A DNA stretch of 63,833 bases, the filler included, from Globobulimina sp. (taxonomy: Eukaryota), in the NCBI GenBank assembly GCA_003354225.1. It is 43 parts of 43 records of this genome, joined end to end, with 100 filler letters (N's around TTAATTAATTAA, not from the genome) between each part and the next. Parts side by side here need not be neighbours in the genome. Positions count along the whole stretch, not along the records: positions 1 to 1,388 come from PIVH01017483.1; positions 1,489 to 2,876 come from PIVH01017484.1; positions 2,977 to 4,364 come from PIVH01017485.1; positions 4,465 to 5,852 come from PIVH01017486.1; positions 5,953 to 7,340 come from PIVH01017487.1; positions 7,441 to 8,828 come from PIVH01017488.1; positions 8,929 to 10,315 come from PIVH01017489.1; positions 10,416 to 11,802 come from PIVH01017490.1; 35 more parts are not named here. One strand, written 5' to 3'. Positions 1 to 12,013 of the stretch are shown one piece after another; position 1 is the first letter of the stretch, and each line of letters begins with the position of its first letter. The notes beneath the pieces are model-generated. The model was not told the origin of the DNA, did not search any database, and saw only the letters and a program-made list of their open reading frames with translations. The position numbers and the translations under genes were made by a program.

Positions 1-1388
1 GTGATGGGTCTATATTGGTTGGGGGTGTCACCTGTTTTTGTTTTTAATATTGGTATTATGGATCCCAACCGCCAATAGTATGGTATATAGTAGGTGGCAT
101 TCCATGTATTAAAGAGGGTGCATAGTAATTTGTTTATGTGGGATCCATTTGTTTTTAGGTGAATGGCTTTGATCCCGTCATATCCGGGGGCACTGTTTTG
201 GTTTGCATAGGACACCGACATCTCCACAGATTTGTATTTTATCTTTTTATGGGTGTTTACTGTGGCAGGTTCATCGCAGTGTGCTTTCTCCTCCTCCTCA
301 ACTGCTGAAGTGCGATCGGGCAGTAATCCCGGTGTTTGCAGCTGTATGTCTTGTATCACGTCATTGTCGCTGTCTTGGTCGCTCTCATTATATTCAATGT
401 TATATAGTTCATCAATTAATGGCTGTGTCGGTGGAATATAGTTGGGATCATAGTGGGGAGTTATTATGTCATTCTCGCCGGAGTCGTAGTTTATATTTTG
501 GTCGTCAATGTTCTCCAGCGGTGGGGGGATGATGTCCGAGGCGACACTTTCCTGTGATGCTGGTTTGTGTGGGATAAATGACAGGTCATTGCGGCAATGC
601 TTCTGCAACCTGTCATTGAACGTGTTTATGTCATTTAGTTTTGGATTATTGGTCGGGTCATCAATTGGGCCATTTATTTCACAGAAAAATTGGGAGAGCG
701 CGGTGTTTTTATCCATTATGGTATTCTTATATTGGAGGTGCGGTTCATCTAAAATGAATTCTTTGTTTTTGTTGTGCATTTTGAAGGATTTTAATTTGTG
801 AGAATGATCCAAATTATTGAATCTGATGGTGTTTTGTGTTAATGCGTCTTGTTTATTTAGTATGTATTCATTTTCTGCCTCAGCCAGTAGCTGTTTCCCT
901 TCATCTGTTTTATTGTTGGTGTTCAATAACAGTCTCTGTTTCAGGTTCAGAGTGACTTGCTTTCTGGAGATATTGGACCATCGATTGGAGGCATTAAAGT
1001 CCGACAGACCGAAGGCTTTTATGGAGGCAAGGTGCAATATGTAGGCGGCTGTGATGGATGTGATGTTGGAAATGTATTGGTGCTCTTTTTTTGTTGTGTA
1101 TTTCTCGGCAGATTTGGCGAATTTGTCAAGGTGTTTGGTAGATGTTTCCAGGATGATTTCATGTATTTTGGTTAGTTCGTCGTTAGGTTTGTTTGTCCGT
1201 AGAACCAGATGTTTGTCATTGTTGTTTGTCTCACATTTTATGTTATTAAGTGTGAAAACAACCGGTCTGTGATCCATGAATATTGGGTGTGTGTCGACAT
1301 GCATTGACTGTATGGTATCAAGTTTATCTGTTATTACATAGTCTATTATGGAACCGCCTGTGTTTTGGACTCCCTTGGCAAGGCAGGT
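1..1388 (-). mobile_element. Non-LTR retrotransposon (LINE) ORF2 fragment, from the end of the APE endonuclease to the start of reverse transcriptase; open across the whole contig
   Basis: Manual minus-strand translation gives GSIIDYVIT...FMDHRPVVF (APE C-terminal motifs) and NSAPGYDGI...IPYYWRLGSIIPILKTKTGDTPNQYRPI (RT domains 0-1). It is absent from the ORF track because no stop falls inside the window. Confidence 0.88.
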
Positions 1389-1488
1389 NNNNNNNNNNNN
1401 NNNNNNNNNNNNNNNNNNNNNNNNNNNNNNNNTTAATTAATTAANNNNNNNNNNNNNNNNNNNNNNNNNNNNNNNNNNNNNNNNNNNN
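1389..1488. other. Artificial scaffold spacer (44 N + TTAATTAATTAA + 44 N); recurs about every 1487 bp, 42 times
   Basis: An identical N-linker-N block separates contigs of 1388, 1387 and 1386 bp; the linker has stops in all six frames. Confidence 0.98.
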
Positions 1489-1490
1489 CA

Positions 1491-2315
1491 TTCCAATTAA
1501 ATCACATCATTGCATATACAGTTCATTATAAAGCATATTCCAAATATCTCCTGACCATCAATATCAATAATTTGATGCATGTCCTATTGGCTCAGTTATA
1601 TTTCTGTTCCATGTCTCGTCCCGGCGAACTACTCCGAGGTACCCAAAAATGTCAGAAAAAGGGCCTTCGTTTCAAACATATCGAACTCGTCAAAGACTCC
1701 TACAATCGCAATGATTATTATTTTATTTTATCCATTGCTTCCTTTAAAAACCAATCCTCCAAAAAAATATATAAAAAAATCTATATTGGTTCGTCCAAAT
1801 GTCATAACCGTTTCATTCCAGGCACCTCCATTATGTGTCCATGTCGGTTCATCAATCCTTACCTTTTATTATCTGTCTTTCTTGATCGTTGCGCCAAATC
1901 CAATGATTACAATACCTCTCCGAATAGCTATGTTTTCCGCTATTCCAATGGCTCTCCCTGTACTACAGCCCATTTATCCAAGATTGCCAAAAAGATTGCG
2001 CACATTGCCAAATGTCCTAAACGTGATATTCCACGTTATACAGCATATTCCTTTCGCATTGGTGGTGCAACGCTTTCTAATATGCAACTTATCCCTCAAC
2101 CTAAATTACTCAAATTTGTTGGTTGGAAGCCATCCAATTTACCCCATGTTTCGATGCGATATATGCGATATCGTGAGGATGATTTCCGTGTATTTGTCTT
2201 CGAATTGATTCATGGTTCCACTGAGCGACCAAATTCTCCTCCTTTAACTACTTTCCATATTACCACAGAAATTCTTGATCCATGGGCCTCTGATTTTGTT
2301 TATTCTGATTTGTGA
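1491..2315 (+). mobile_element. Tyrosine recombinase of a DIRS-order (PAT/Ngaro-like) retrotransposon, 5'-partial
   Basis: SRPGELL (catalytic R), ASFKN (K), YSFRIGGAT (HxxR box with H>Y), VGW, MRY (catalytic Y); frame open from the contig start. Confidence 0.8.
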
Positions 2316-2547
2316 TTGACTTTGCTTGGCTTTTGTCACATTCCCATGCTTTTATAGTAATGTTCAGCCTAACTTCAGTTTTTTTTGTTTAAAAGAAAAT
2401 CTCCAAACAAACAAACAGTTTATTTCTCTCTTTTTTTTCAACTTCTCTTTTCAAATTTGTCTTTCGTTCTCTGCTTTCCTTTCATTTAAATTTCTTCTTT
2501 GCGGCACCGAATCCTTTAAATTACCAAATTTGAGCCTTACGGGATAT

Positions 2548-2876
2548 GGGTTATATATATATGTTATTATTGTTTGACTTTGTTGTATACTGTCAACAAT
2601 ATAACATCAATCCGAAATAAATTTAATTTAAATTACAATTCATTTCTCCCGTTTGCTCGATACAATATAAAAGTTATCCACACTTCCTCATACTTGAAAT
2701 ATTCCATATTTTCAAACCTGAGAAGAAGATCTGCTTATTTTGAGTGTGTATTTTTGTGTGTATGTTGAAGTGAAAAACTCTGTGTGTTTGAAACTTCATC
2801 AACTTTTTCCCGCCCTCCTTCTCCCTGGGGTTATATATATATGTTATTATTGTTTGACTTTGTTGTATACTGTCAA
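2548..2876 (+). repeat. 49-bp direct repeat (2548-2596 and 2828-2876) downstream of the recombinase; candidate split direct repeat terminus
   Basis: GGGTTATATATATATGTTATTATTGTTTGACTTTGTTGTATACTGTCAA occurs twice, 280 bp apart; the second copy runs to the contig end. Confidence 0.85.
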
Positions 2877-3300
2877 NNNNNNNNNNNNNNNNNNNNNNNN
2901 NNNNNNNNNNNNNNNNNNNNTTAATTAATTAANNNNNNNNNNNNNNNNNNNNNNNNNNNNNNNNNNNNNNNNNNNNTAATATTCCGGATGAAATTGGAAA
3001 TTTAATATGTTTCTATGTTGATAACATTGAATATAAACCTAAAAAAGAATGCAAATATATTGTTTCCGTTGTTGGTTTTAATGGAAAGGAAATTATTGTT
3101 GCTTTTCAATTCAAACGTATCTGGTTTGTAGCATATACAAGTGATGTTGGAACTTTTTGGGCAAGATATAAAAATTCTGATAGGCCTAAATTCTTTGATG
3201 CAAAACATGCATGGAATACAATATCAACCAAAATATTTGATCCAATGCAAGAGGCTGATTTATAAATGTATAGTTAGTCCACATCCAAAACTTTTTGAGC

Positions 3301-3927
3301 ATGTCAGCTAAAAACAGCACCCTATATAAATTTGTGCTTGTAGGAGATTCAGGAGTGGGTAAATCGAGCTTATTATTTCGTTTCACAGAGAATACATTCA
3401 CAGACTCATTTATCAACACAATTGGTGTTGATTTCCGTTCTCGCACTCTAGAAATCGGTAACAAAACAGTAAAATTACAAATTTGGGACACTGCCGGACA
3501 AGAACGATTTCGCACTATAACCTCGACATATTATAGGGGAGCTCAAGGGATTATTTTAGTATATGATGTTACAAACTATTCGACATTTGAAAATATACAG
3601 GACTGGTTACATGAGGTTGAAAAGGGAACGGATGAAAACACGCTTTTATTGTTGATTGGAAATAAATGTGATTTGATTGAAAACAAAAATGTGACCACAC
3701 AGGAAGCGATTGAATACGCCATGTCGGTGAATATTGGCTTTATGGAAGCCTCTGCCAAAACATCTGAAAATGTGGAAGCTGCATTCATTAAAATGACAAA
3801 GGAATTGTTAGTACAGGACTCGCAGACAGATAATAAGTATTTGGCTGTCACAAAGAGCGTTGATCAAATACTTGAACATAGAAAAAACCAACAATCGAAT
3901 GATAGTAGCTGTTGTGTGATCATATAA
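3301..3927 (+). CDS. RAB1: Rab1-like small GTPase, intronless
   Basis: GDSGVGKS, TIGVDF, WDTAGQERFRTITSTYYRGA, GNKCD, EASAK, C-terminal CCVII prenylation site. Confidence 0.9.
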   Translation: MSAKNSTLYKFVLVGDSGVGKSSLLFRFTENTFTDSFINTIGVDFRSRTLEIGNKTVKLQIWDTAGQERFRTITSTYYRGAQGIILVYDVTNYSTFENIQDWLHEVEKGTDENTLLLLIGNKCDLIENKNVTTQEAIEYAMSVNIGFMEASAKTSENVEAAFIKMTKELLVQDSQTDNKYLAVTKSVDQILEHRKNQQSNDSSCCVII

Positions 3928-6380
3928 TTTGAAACAAATCTTATCTTTTAAAGTTCTACTGTTCTAGCATTTTTATTGTGTGTCGTATGTATGAGAATGT
4001 CTGTGCCAAATATCGGAATTGTTGAATATAAAAACAGGTTAAACAACGTGCATGTACATATCCTAATTATCCTTGCACACAAATACATATAATTAATTAT
4101 AGTTCTTGAGTAATAAAACAAAGGGAGTTGTCGTTTAAAAACTGAGATGATATCATGCCACAGTTGTGGCGTTTGTCATGACTTCAAACCAATCTTTTTT
4201 TCTGTGAAAACCTTTCAAGTAAATTTTATCCACTTACTGTGGATCTACTTTAGAATAGGACGTGTTTAGAATACCGCGTGTTTAAACAATTTAAAATCCT
4301 ATGGAGATTTACATACAGTGCTAGGATAATGTATACAATTTCAAAAGAAAAGTGTTCTAAACACNNNNNNNNNNNNNNNNNNNNNNNNNNNNNNNNNNNN
4401 NNNNNNNNTTAATTAATTAANNNNNNNNNNNNNNNNNNNNNNNNNNNNNNNNNNNNNNNNNNNNTTATATAGATTGCACATAAAACAATAAAATTAATGT
4501 TTGGCGATATGTGTATCCCTTTAACTCGATCTCATGAACAAAGTGAGAGTCCGAGTTAGCTTGAATACGCCACACAAAATCTGGTCAGATTTGTTTCTAT
4601 TTTCATAAAAAAAATTAATATCCGCCTGATTGGAGGATCGTTGCAAACGAATTCATTTTTATCGCATCAACGGGCTGAATACAGGCAGCTTTATAGAAAT
4701 ATATTTGTATTCACTAAACTTTTGGATTGAATGTATGTATGTTGATGACGACAATAAATCTGTTAACAAAAAAAAACATATATTTCTCAAATAAAAATAT
4801 ATTAATTTGAAAATAGAAAATGGTCAAAAATATATTTGTCAGACAGTACACAATGGAGTTTTCAACATTGTTCATTCAGCTCATATACGAATATTCATCA
4901 TACAAAAAAATACAATATCTGCTAAAACATACCCTTTTTCATATAATAAGCCATTACATCAATATCTTGAATTTCATTAATTATTTGCTGATCGGATCAA
5001 TGCTATTTAATAATAATCAAAACATAAAATCAATAATAAACTGGTAATGCATTTAAACAGATTTGTGCAAATTGTGAATATTTAATATCAGACGAAGGTG
5101 AACAGTCAATATCATCATTGAGTCAGTCCTACCAACAAGGACAAGGATGACATGTTTTCATCATTAAACATTCCACAAATTATTTATTAGAACATACCTC
5201 AATTGTTTCATTTCAAGTAATGCAAAAAGAGAAATTTCAGGAAATTAATTTGATGCAATTCACAGCGAATATTAATATTCGTAATAAACCAAATTGATTT
5301 TAAAATACATTGATCTCACATTTTGCGCATGATACTTAATCATCGATCTATTATTATTATTGTATTATTATTATTATTATTTTAATTATTTTGATGGAGT
5401 GCAAATAAAATGGATTGGATATTTTGTGAAAAAATTGGCTATCAGAAACCGAGGGTGTATTGTCAACATTCTTTCTTTCTTTTTGAGATACAAAAATAAA
5501 AAAATCTGACTCGAATATTGTGTCATCTTAATAGAACATTCTGTCATTTGTTGTTATAATTTTGCATACCATGATTAACACACAACAGTGATCGTTGTAT
5601 TTAAAATAATAATGAAGAGGATGGTTACGTATACAGTTGTGAAAAACAGCATACTTTGATTGTGTGATATGGACATACTAGCAATGCGTTCATCTGAAAC
5701 AAAAAAAAATACAAATATGACTTTTGACATTATGCATATGTTGTTATTCAGCCGATTGCTAATGGTGAGAAAAATAATGATTGAAGGACTGACGAAATTA
5801 ATGATACAAAAATCATAGTGGCAGCAACATTCAATACATTCAAATATCTGTTNNNNNNNNNNNNNNNNNNNNNNNNNNNNNNNNNNNNNNNNNNNNTTAA
5901 TTAATTAANNNNNNNNNNNNNNNNNNNNNNNNNNNNNNNNNNNNNNNNNNNNCAAAAGAGGAATGGACTCTTTATAGAACTCTGGAAGGTATTAAACAGG
6001 TTACCGGTATTGCAATAAAGTACTTTCCCCAGAAGACTGTGTAGCGAATAAAATCATGTTAGCTACAATATTTGAGATAAAACAAGTTGCCATGCTTCTA
6101 AAAAAATTAAAATCGAACTTGCAAATTCCAAAATGAATATTAAATTTAAAAAAAAACAAACAAATTCAAACTGAAATTCAAATCAATATCATGCAAAATT
6201 AAAACAGAAAGCAGCCAATCAATAAAAGCGAATCCCATTCAAGCATCAATATTAAAACAAGACATAGACGCAATATCTTTTAAAATTGCTCAATAAATCA
6301 CTTTCACGATCGAGCCGCTTAAAAATTAATTAGAATATTCATATAAATTAAATACTTTCTAACAAGCCAACATTTGCAAA

Positions 6381-7340
6381 TTAATCAACTCCGTCAATCT
6401 TTGGTCCCGAAGTGTCGCCACCCGATGGCGGAGCACCACCGCCTCCAAAGTTCCCCATATTGGGCATCCCTCCCATTCCGCCTCCAGGCATTCCAGGCAT
6501 CCCACCGGGCATTCCCGGCATTCCTCCGGGCATCCCAGGCATTCCGCCGCCGGGAGCTCCGCCTTGCGCGCCATACGCGGCGGTAATGATCGGCCGCCAG
6601 ATATCCTCAATCTCCTTCTTCTTGGCCTCATATTCCTCTCTCTCGGCGTTGGGGTTGGCGTCCACCCAATCAATGGTCTCCTTCACTTTGTCCTGCACCG
6701 TCTTCTTATCCTCGTCCTTGATCAGGTCCTTAAACTTGGCATCATCCAACGTATTGCGCATTTGATACGACACGCTTTCCAACTCGTTCTTGGCCTGAAT
6801 GGTCTTCCTCTTCTCATCGTCTTCGGCCTTATACTTCTCGGCGTCGGCCACGATTTTATTGATCTCCTCCTCCGATAACCGCCCTTTGTTGCTGTCGATG
6901 GTGATCTTGGCCTGGTTGGTGGCGTTCTTTTTGTCCTTGGCCGTCACCGACAAAATGCCGTTGGCGTCCAAGTCGAAGGTCACCTCAATCTGCGGCACGC
7001 CGCGCGGAGCCGGCGGGATGCCCATTAACTCGAACTTGCCCAACAAGTTGTTGTCTTTGGTCAGCTGCCTCTCGCCCTCATACACTTGGATCAGAACACC
7101 GGGCTGATTGTCGGCGTACGTCGTGAAGGTCTCGTTGGCTTTGCACGGGATGGTCTTGTTGCGCTCAATCAATTTGGTCATCACTCCGCCGGCAGTCTCA
7201 ATGCCCAAAGACAACGGCGTCACGTCCAATAATAACAAGTCGCCGGCATCGCCCATCTCGTCGCCGGATAAAATGGCCGCCTGTATACTGGCGCCATACG
7301 CCACGGCCTCGTCGGGGTTGATCGACTTGCACGGCTCCTT
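6381..7340 (-). CDS. HSP70: Cytosolic HSP70, C-terminal part (5'-partial)
   Basis: [49 protein letters not shown] repeats; ends GPKIDGVD. Confidence 0.97.
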   Translation of the reverse strand, partial: KEPCKSINPDEAVAYGASIQAAILSGDEMGDAGDLLLLDVTPLSLGIETAGGVMTKLIERNKTIPCKANETFTTYADNQPGVLIQVYEGERQLTKDNNLLGKFELMGIPPAPRGVPQIEVTFDLDANGILSVTAKDKKNATNQAKITIDSNKGRLSEEEINKIVADAEKYKAEDDEKRKTIQAKNELESVSYQMRNTLDDAKFKDLIKDEDKKTVQDKVKETIDWVDANPNAEREEYEAKKKEIEDIWRPIITAAYGAQGGAPGGGMPGMPGGMPGMPGGMPGMPGGGMGGMPNMGNFGGGGAPPSGGDTSGPKIDGVD

Positions 7341-7774
7341 NNNNNNNNNNNNNNNNNNNNNNNNNNNNNNNNNNNNNNNNNNNNTTAATTAATTAANNNN
7401 NNNNNNNNNNNNNNNNNNNNNNNNNNNNNNNNNNNNNNNNCATTTCTTAATATGTCATAATTCGCTTCTTTTAGCAGCACATTGAGGCCATGGAATACAG
7501 CAACGAATATTTCTAATATTTGTTCTAAACCTTGCACGTATGTCTTATCTCGGAATATTGTTGCGTTTATCCGATTCTTTAGATGGATGGTTATTGTCTG
7601 GAATTCTAAAAAGACGACAATCTACTGACTGGAAGGCATTATTTACAATCATTTAAATTTCAAACTGCAAAACTTTCTCTTTGCTTTTGGATCCGAAAAA
7701 ACTCTCTCTCTGAAAATATATTTGTGCAAGGATTACATAAAAAATATTAATATGAATTATTAAATTCGCATTGC

Positions 7775-8626
7775 TCATGGTTTCTCTTCTTCATTTATTT
7801 TCTGTTCAACTTTGTGAAAAGCATTTTCATTTATTTCTTGCAAACGTTGCTGTTCATGTTGTTCCTCCTCAAAAAACTCCTCCACATAGCTCACCTCCGG
7901 CACATAAAACCGTAACATTCTCTCGATTCCATTATGGAGTGTCTCATGCGATGAGGCGCAGCCTTTGCATGCCCCAACTAATTGCAACGACAATTTGCCG
8001 CTTTCATGCTCGAATCCTTTAAATATAACATCGCCGCCATCGTGTTGCACATTTGGGCGTATTCTCGTATCGATCAACTCGCGAATAATGGCTATGACCT
8101 CATCATCCTCGTCGTCATAATCATAGTTATTTGCTGCTTGCTCGTCGATATTAAATGAGCTCTCCAACACTGGCTTATTGCTCAATAAATAATCATTGAT
8201 AATCCCTACGATGTCGCCCTGGATTTGCGGCCATTTTAATGTGTCATCCACAGTGACTGTCACATATTCTGTGGTCATAAACACATTCTTAATTCCATCG
8301 ATCACAAATAATTCTCGCGCCAATCCTGATTTGTTCATTGAGTCCTTATACGACGAGATATCCAATGTCTTATTGTCAGTTTCCAATATATTGTAGCCAC
8401 TGGGTGTGAATTTTTGGGACAACACATTTGGTGTTTGGTTGATCTGAACAAAAACATTACGTTTAAATACCAATGACAAATGACTCTTTGTTTGTTTTTT
8501 TGTGAATGCGTTTGAAATAAGTATTGATCTTTTCATATGATTGAAGAAATAATAATAGTTACGGCGATTGTATTTATTGCATTGGAATGATTTGTTCATG
8601 AATTTACACACATAAAGAGACGCCAT
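7775..8626 (-). CDS. NFU1: Mitochondrial NFU1 Fe-S cluster carrier (likely start is ATG 8536, MKRSILISNAF)
   Basis: Nfu_N (QTPNVLSQKF...LARELFVIDGIKNVF) plus NifU-C (RPNVQHDGGDV...GACKGCASS...L.NGIERML); basic N-terminal presequence. Confidence 0.92.
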   Translation of the reverse strand: MASLYVCKFMNKSFQCNKYNRRNYYYFFNHMKRSILISNAFTKKQTKSHLSLVFKRNVFVQINQTPNVLSQKFTPSGYNILETDNKTLDISSYKDSMNKSGLARELFVIDGIKNVFMTTEYVTVTVDDTLKWPQIQGDIVGIINDYLLSNKPVLESSFNIDEQAANNYDYDDEDDEVIAIIRELIDTRIRPNVQHDGGDVIFKGFEHESGKLSLQLVGACKGCASSHETLHNGIERMLRFYVPEVSYVEEFFEEEQHEQQRLQEINENAFHKVEQKINEEEKP

Positions 8627-8679
8627 GCTCAGATGAGAAATAACAATCTAACTTTAGTGAGAAATAGTTGCTTCAGTTT

Positions 8680-8828
8680 CATGGATATAGATCTCAAAAT
8701 ATTTGAAGAAATAGCAACAAATTGCAATAAAACAAAGAATGAAATCATATCAAATTGCGCCTATTTACAGCGCTTAACAATCAGCTTAAAATATTTTAAT
8801 GTGTTAATAAATAATAATAAGATGAATG
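8680..8828 (+). CDS. N-terminus of a hypothetical protein, probably the same family as 8929-10315
   Basis: NC...SNCAYLQRLTISLKYF resembles NC..LMQCGCIQRLLLIFTY in the next contig. Confidence 0.35.
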
Positions 8829-8928
8829 NNNNNNNNNNNNNNNNNNNNNNNNNNNNNNNNNNNNNNNNNNNNTTAATTAATTAANNNNNNNNNNNNNNNN
8901 NNNNNNNNNNNNNNNNNNNNNNNNNNNN

Positions 8929-10315
8929 GCATTAAACTGTGAGAATCTTATGCAATGTGGATGTATTCAAAGATTACTCCTTATATTTACTTATATCAAT
9001 CGGTGGAATGTGGTATGTTGTGATTTGTATAAATGTTATTTGAATAAACATATAAAATGATTTTATAAATACAGGATGATATTGATTCAATTTTACAAAT
9101 CTTCAACCATTTAAATGGATATTCCGTTCAGCATTTTGTGAATGATTTGGACCATATTCGAATGTGTCACGATCAACACGTAAATGAGAAGTTATTTTGT
9201 AAAGAGATTAATTATTGTGATTGGCGAAAATGTGCTTTTCAAAAACGAAATGGTTTACTTTTAAATAACGACATCGATGGAGAAATATTTGCGCGCTTTG
9301 AATTCATTCAAGAAGCACATTTATATTTATTTCATTCTGTGCCGTTAATCTCCGATCATACGCACTGTGATCAGCTGCAACAATCAATGCAAGCGTATAA
9401 TGATTCCAATATCCATCGATCATCGCGGTTTGTCGACAGTGATACAGCGGCACCAGAAACAGTGCCAAATGATAGCAACAGCGACAATGAAACAGCTACA
9501 GATTTAGAAAAAGCAACCAGTCCATTGTTTAGTTATGGGAACAGGTTCGAATATGTTCGCAACAAAAATTGCAAGAAAAATTCGCATTATGTTGGCTGTG
9601 CATATCAGAATTTAAAAAAAGAATTATTGCACGATGCGGATAAAAAGTTTGGCATAAAACAATGGAATGTTTTGGTGAATGCTGCAAACACATTGTCGGA
9701 AACCCCATATTCAAAGCAGTTGATGTCCGATAATGGCAAAAGTATATCCGTTGGGAGGATAATCGCAGTTCGGTTGTATTGCTCATACGGTGCATTAGCC
9801 AGTGCATTGAAAGCAACCTACAAAGAATCAAAAACATTCAGCAAATCACAACGAAAACAGCAACACGCAAAGTTTGCACATTGGGCCAAATTATTATGTA
9901 CAACTTGTGACTTATTTGGTGTTGCCGTGGTACAAAAACACGCATTTTATCGGGGCTTGAATGATTTATATATATTCAGATCCGGTTTTAGCTCAAAACT
10001 ATATGGCCCGATATCCACCACTCGACATCTTGGCGTCGCCGCGGCGTTTGCTGGGAATGGGATTATTTTGCAAATTGAGAAAGCATCATTTTGTTCCAGT
10101 GCTAAGTTTTTTGAATGTAACGCATATTCGACGTATAAAGCTGAAGGAGAGCTGCTGTTTGATGGACATTGCAATTATTTGGATGTGACTGCAATTAAAA
10201 CAAATCTGGGCTTTACTACTTTCGACACAAAGCCTGTGTTGTTATTGCAAGCATTGAGCACCAAATGTCATATTAATATCGCTGCGTTGGTAGAATTGGC
10301 GCCGTTTATTGTGGT
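8929..10315 (+). CDS. Protein with a C-terminal R-S-E class mono-ADP-ribosyltransferase-like domain; intron 9013-9074; partial at both ends
   Basis: FYRG, GPISTT, GIILQI and YSTYKAEGELLF occur in ART order; the 62-nt GT-AG intron keeps the frame. Confidence 0.65.
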
Positions 10316-10599
10316 NNNNNNNNNNNNNNNNNNNNNNNNNNNNNNNNNNNNNNNNNNNNTTAATTAATTAANNNNNNNNNNNNNNNNNNNNNNNNNNNNN
10401 NNNNNNNNNNNNNNNCGATTTTACTATCTTTATCTAACATGCGTTGGTTATCAAGTCTGTGTTTGAACCCAAAATATTAATCATATATCATCACAATTAT
10501 ATAATCCAAAAATAGAAGAAATCCAATCTGTTAGTCAATTAATCCAATTGCAATGGGTTTGAGTAATTCGACATTGATTTCAATTGTCAATCTAAATGA

Positions 10600-11580
10600 A
10601 AGTAATTGTACCAATGTGCCTTTTTCACAGTGCTGTATTTGAGGTACTTCTTTTCCATCATCGGTTATAAATTCTTCTAGCAGCGCCCGATCCTTTGCTA
10701 CTGCTCTAATACATCTGTATTCACATTTTTTCTTTTTAATGTCACTAATTTCGATATTTTCATTTTTTGTGGTATAGAGCCATGATTTAATATTAAATAC
10801 AATATAATTGAATCACATTCATCGTCCAATAATTTCGAAATATTCCAATTTAATATATATAAGCCGCTCGATTTATTTATTTTTTTGTTTTTCTTATAAT
10901 TTTCAACAAATAATACACATTCATCCATTGCAAACTTTTTACAATTATCAAATTGTTCTTTGTCTTGTTGTTCAATACGTTGATCTTCCAATTCTTAGAA
11001 TGCTTTTAGACGGGGGTCAATTATTGCATTCTTGTTGTACAATATTCCAATTTGCTTTAATATTTCTTGCGCTTTAATTGGGAGATTATAGATTTGTTGA
11101 TCATCAATAATGACACCGCCATCGTCTTTGGCTTTATTTTTCATAGTCGTCCAATATTTGTGATCTTTACGTGCTACAGATTCATTAATTGACGATATTT
11201 CTTTTTCAATTTGAGCTTCATACTGGTCCTGCAAAATTTGATCAATTTCCTTTGTTATTTGTTTACATTGCTGGCTTAATCGATCATCATCATTATTTTG
11301 ATCACAATTATTCAATAATTGGATTAATTCATTTTGTTTGGATTGAATATCATCATTTAATTTCTGCCCTTTTCTTCTTTTTATATACTTTATTTCAACG
11401 CATTCATAATATAATAATATGTCATTTATAATGAAATTACGCGTATCATACACGGCTTCAATAGATTTAGTTTGCTTCATGAAAATAATCAAATTGTTTT
11501 AATACCCATCCTTTTTCTATAAATATTTTTGCATTTTTTGTAATAAAGATAGAATCGTTTGGTTTAATAAATGTGGCATT
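10600..11580 (-). pseudogene. Decayed non-LTR retrotransposon ORF2 (linker and RT domains 0-1)
   Basis: KYWTTMK..., NKSSG..., HGSIPQKMKISKLVTLKRKN resemble LINE RT N-terminal motifs; in-frame TAA at 10995-10997, further stops and an apparent frameshift near 11500. Confidence 0.55.
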
Positions 11581-12013
11581 TATTCATCATTGATCTTATC
11601 TATAAACCCTTGAGTATCTCCTTTGATCTTATCCTATACTATCATTGATCTTCGTATGTCTCCTCAAGGGGATAATCCCATGGATATGAAGACTTGCATT
11701 TTAAAACCAAACCTTACTCTTTGTTTTGTTTAACTTCCATCAAAATCATCAAGAACGTGCTTAACCACATTAAAACCAGTTGTTTAATAAAGTTCAAACG
11801 GTNNNNNNNNNNNNNNNNNNNNNNNNNNNNNNNNNNNNNNNNNNNNTTAATTAATTAANNNNNNNNNNNNNNNNNNNNNNNNNNNNNNNNNNNNNNNNNN
11901 NNCTTGCACTTGCTTGGGTGGTTTGCAACGGAGGGGCTTAAGGGGGGAGCCCCGTCATAAGAGTCATACAGTCAGTTTGCCAACTGTACAGACACAAATA
12001 AAACTGATTTACA

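Noticed and set aside
203..1272. Short + strand ORFs in the first contig
   Set aside because: Antisense shadows of the LINE ORF2
1433..1444. Regularly spaced TTAATTAATTAA as a CRISPR-like or biological repeat
   Set aside because: Always centred in N runs; a synthetic six-frame-stop linker
1579..2208. 209-aa overlapping ORF within the recombinase
   Set aside because: DIRS-order elements can have overlapping ORFs, but this one has no RT, RNase H or methylase motifs, and T/C-ending codon bias in the YR frame suppresses stops in this frame
10995..10997. In-frame TAA (with TAG at 38439) as evidence for a variant genetic code
   Set aside because: It lies in a frameshifted, decayed LINE; conserved genes (Rab, HSP70, strumpellin) end at TAA and have no internal stops
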